This document shows positions 50,673 to 51,403 of a DNA stretch of 51,403 bases, one piece after another. A program made the position numbers and the translations under genes. Each line of letters opens with the position of its first letter. Positions within the stretch are counted from its first letter, which is position 1. The stretch lies in NCBI GenBank assembly GCA_044449985.1, contig JBIOIQ010000006.1:1-51403 (forward strand), given 5' to 3'. The notes beneath the pieces were generated by a model. That model was not told where the DNA came from. It did not search any database and was given only the letters and a program-made list of their open reading frames with translations. The DNA comes from Candidatus Saccharimonadia bacterium. GTDB lineage: Bacteria; Patescibacteriota; Saccharimonadia; UBA4664; JBIOIQ01.

Positions 50673-51403
50673 GTGCAAAACATATTGTTCGGTGACTGGC
50701 TACCGCCGAAAATTAGGCGGGTCAAACGCCCCCGCAATATTCACCGAAGCTTCAGAAGGTGGGTAAGGGTGGCAATAAGTATGGTTGGTGCGACTTTCTT
50801 GATCGTACCTTCTTTGACGCCGACCCAAGCTTCTGCCGGCATTAATCCTGAGATCAATTTTCAAGCAAGGCTCGAGAATTCCCTCGGTGCAACAGTACCA
50901 GACGGTTACTACAACATAGAGTTTAAAATCTACCAGGACGGCACCGGTTGTGTGTCGAGTGGTAGTTCTCCCTGTGGGGGAACGTTGAAGTGGACGGAAG
51001 ACTGGTTAAATTATAATTCCCAAGGTGTACAAGTAAAAAATGGCTATTTTTCGGTCCTCTTAGGTTCCGTTAATGCTTTTGGGGCAAGCGTTGATTTTAA
51101 CCAGAATACCCTTTGGCTCTCTCTCAACATCGGCGACACTACAAGTGCCACGACTTTTGCCGGCGCAACCCCGGACGGTGAAATGCTCCCGTTCAAACGA
51201 CTCGCCGCCAATCCTTATGCGCTTAACACCAGTGAGCTGGGTGGCTTAACCAGTTCACAATATGTCCAACTTAGCCAAGGTGTTCAAACGGATAGTTCTT
51301 CAACAAATGCCTCAATTTTTATCAACAAGACGGCCACCTCAGCCAATATTCTTGATTTGCAACGGGGAGGTGCAGATGTGTTGTTAATTAACAATGCTGG
51401 TCA
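50673..51403 (+). CDS. 3'-truncated large secreted fibre-like protein (absent from the ORF track)
   Basis: AGGAG then GTG 50673; frame open to the window end; signal ending ASA|G, then INFQARL...DGYYNIEFKIY...VKNGYFSVLLG...EMLPFKRLAANPYALN, a typical N-terminal domain of large CPR fibre proteins. Confidence 0.75.
   Translation, partial: MQNILFGDWLPPKIRRVKRPRNIHRSFRRWVRVAISMVGATFLIVPSLTPTQASAGINPEINFQARLENSLGATVPDGYYNIEFKIYQDGTGCVSSGSSPCGGTLKWTEDWLNYNSQGVQVKNGYFSVLLGSVNAFGASVDFNQNTLWLSLNIGDTTSATTFAGATPDGEMLPFKRLAANPYALNTSELGGLTSSQYVQLSQGVQTDSSSTNASIFINKTATSANILDLQRGGADVLLINNAG

Overview
Gene-dense chromosomal segment that most likely comes from a Patescibacteria/CPR (Saccharibacteria-like) epibiont. 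This is inferred from a type IV pilus locus with no PilQ secretin, CPR-type surface fibre proteins and apparently widespread leaderless genes. Contents in order: the 3' end of a GC-richer Acidimicrobiia-type repeat protein; a type IV pilus locus (1424-aa adhesin-like protein, pilN/O/P/C, major and minor pilins, foldase, pilM/B/T/D); a Xer recombinase; an O-antigen-ligase/TPR protein; mnmG, dedA, an M16 peptidase, ndk and tRNA-Arg(CCT); an orphan actinobacterial-type Pup (prokaryotic ubiquitin-like protein) coupled to an unknown ORF; a PrsA-like foldase; gnd/pgl/zwf; msrA; a MurC/Mpl-like ligase; small accessory genes; and a 14-kb surface-structure island. The island is the best candidate for an undescribed system. 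It has a divergent F1-like ATPase operon (b-, delta-, alpha-, gamma-, beta- and truncated epsilon-like genes) with no a subunit. Its first gene fuses an extracellular beta domain to a c-subunit-like GRNP hairpin that lacks the ion-binding carboxylate. It lies beside four WxL/pilin-like secreted paralogs, a DUF916-like partner and fibre proteins. An 11-bp motif (AGCRTWAGCRT) recurs in promoters of the pilus, F1-like and fibre genes. All calls come from reading the sequence by eye; no database searches were run.
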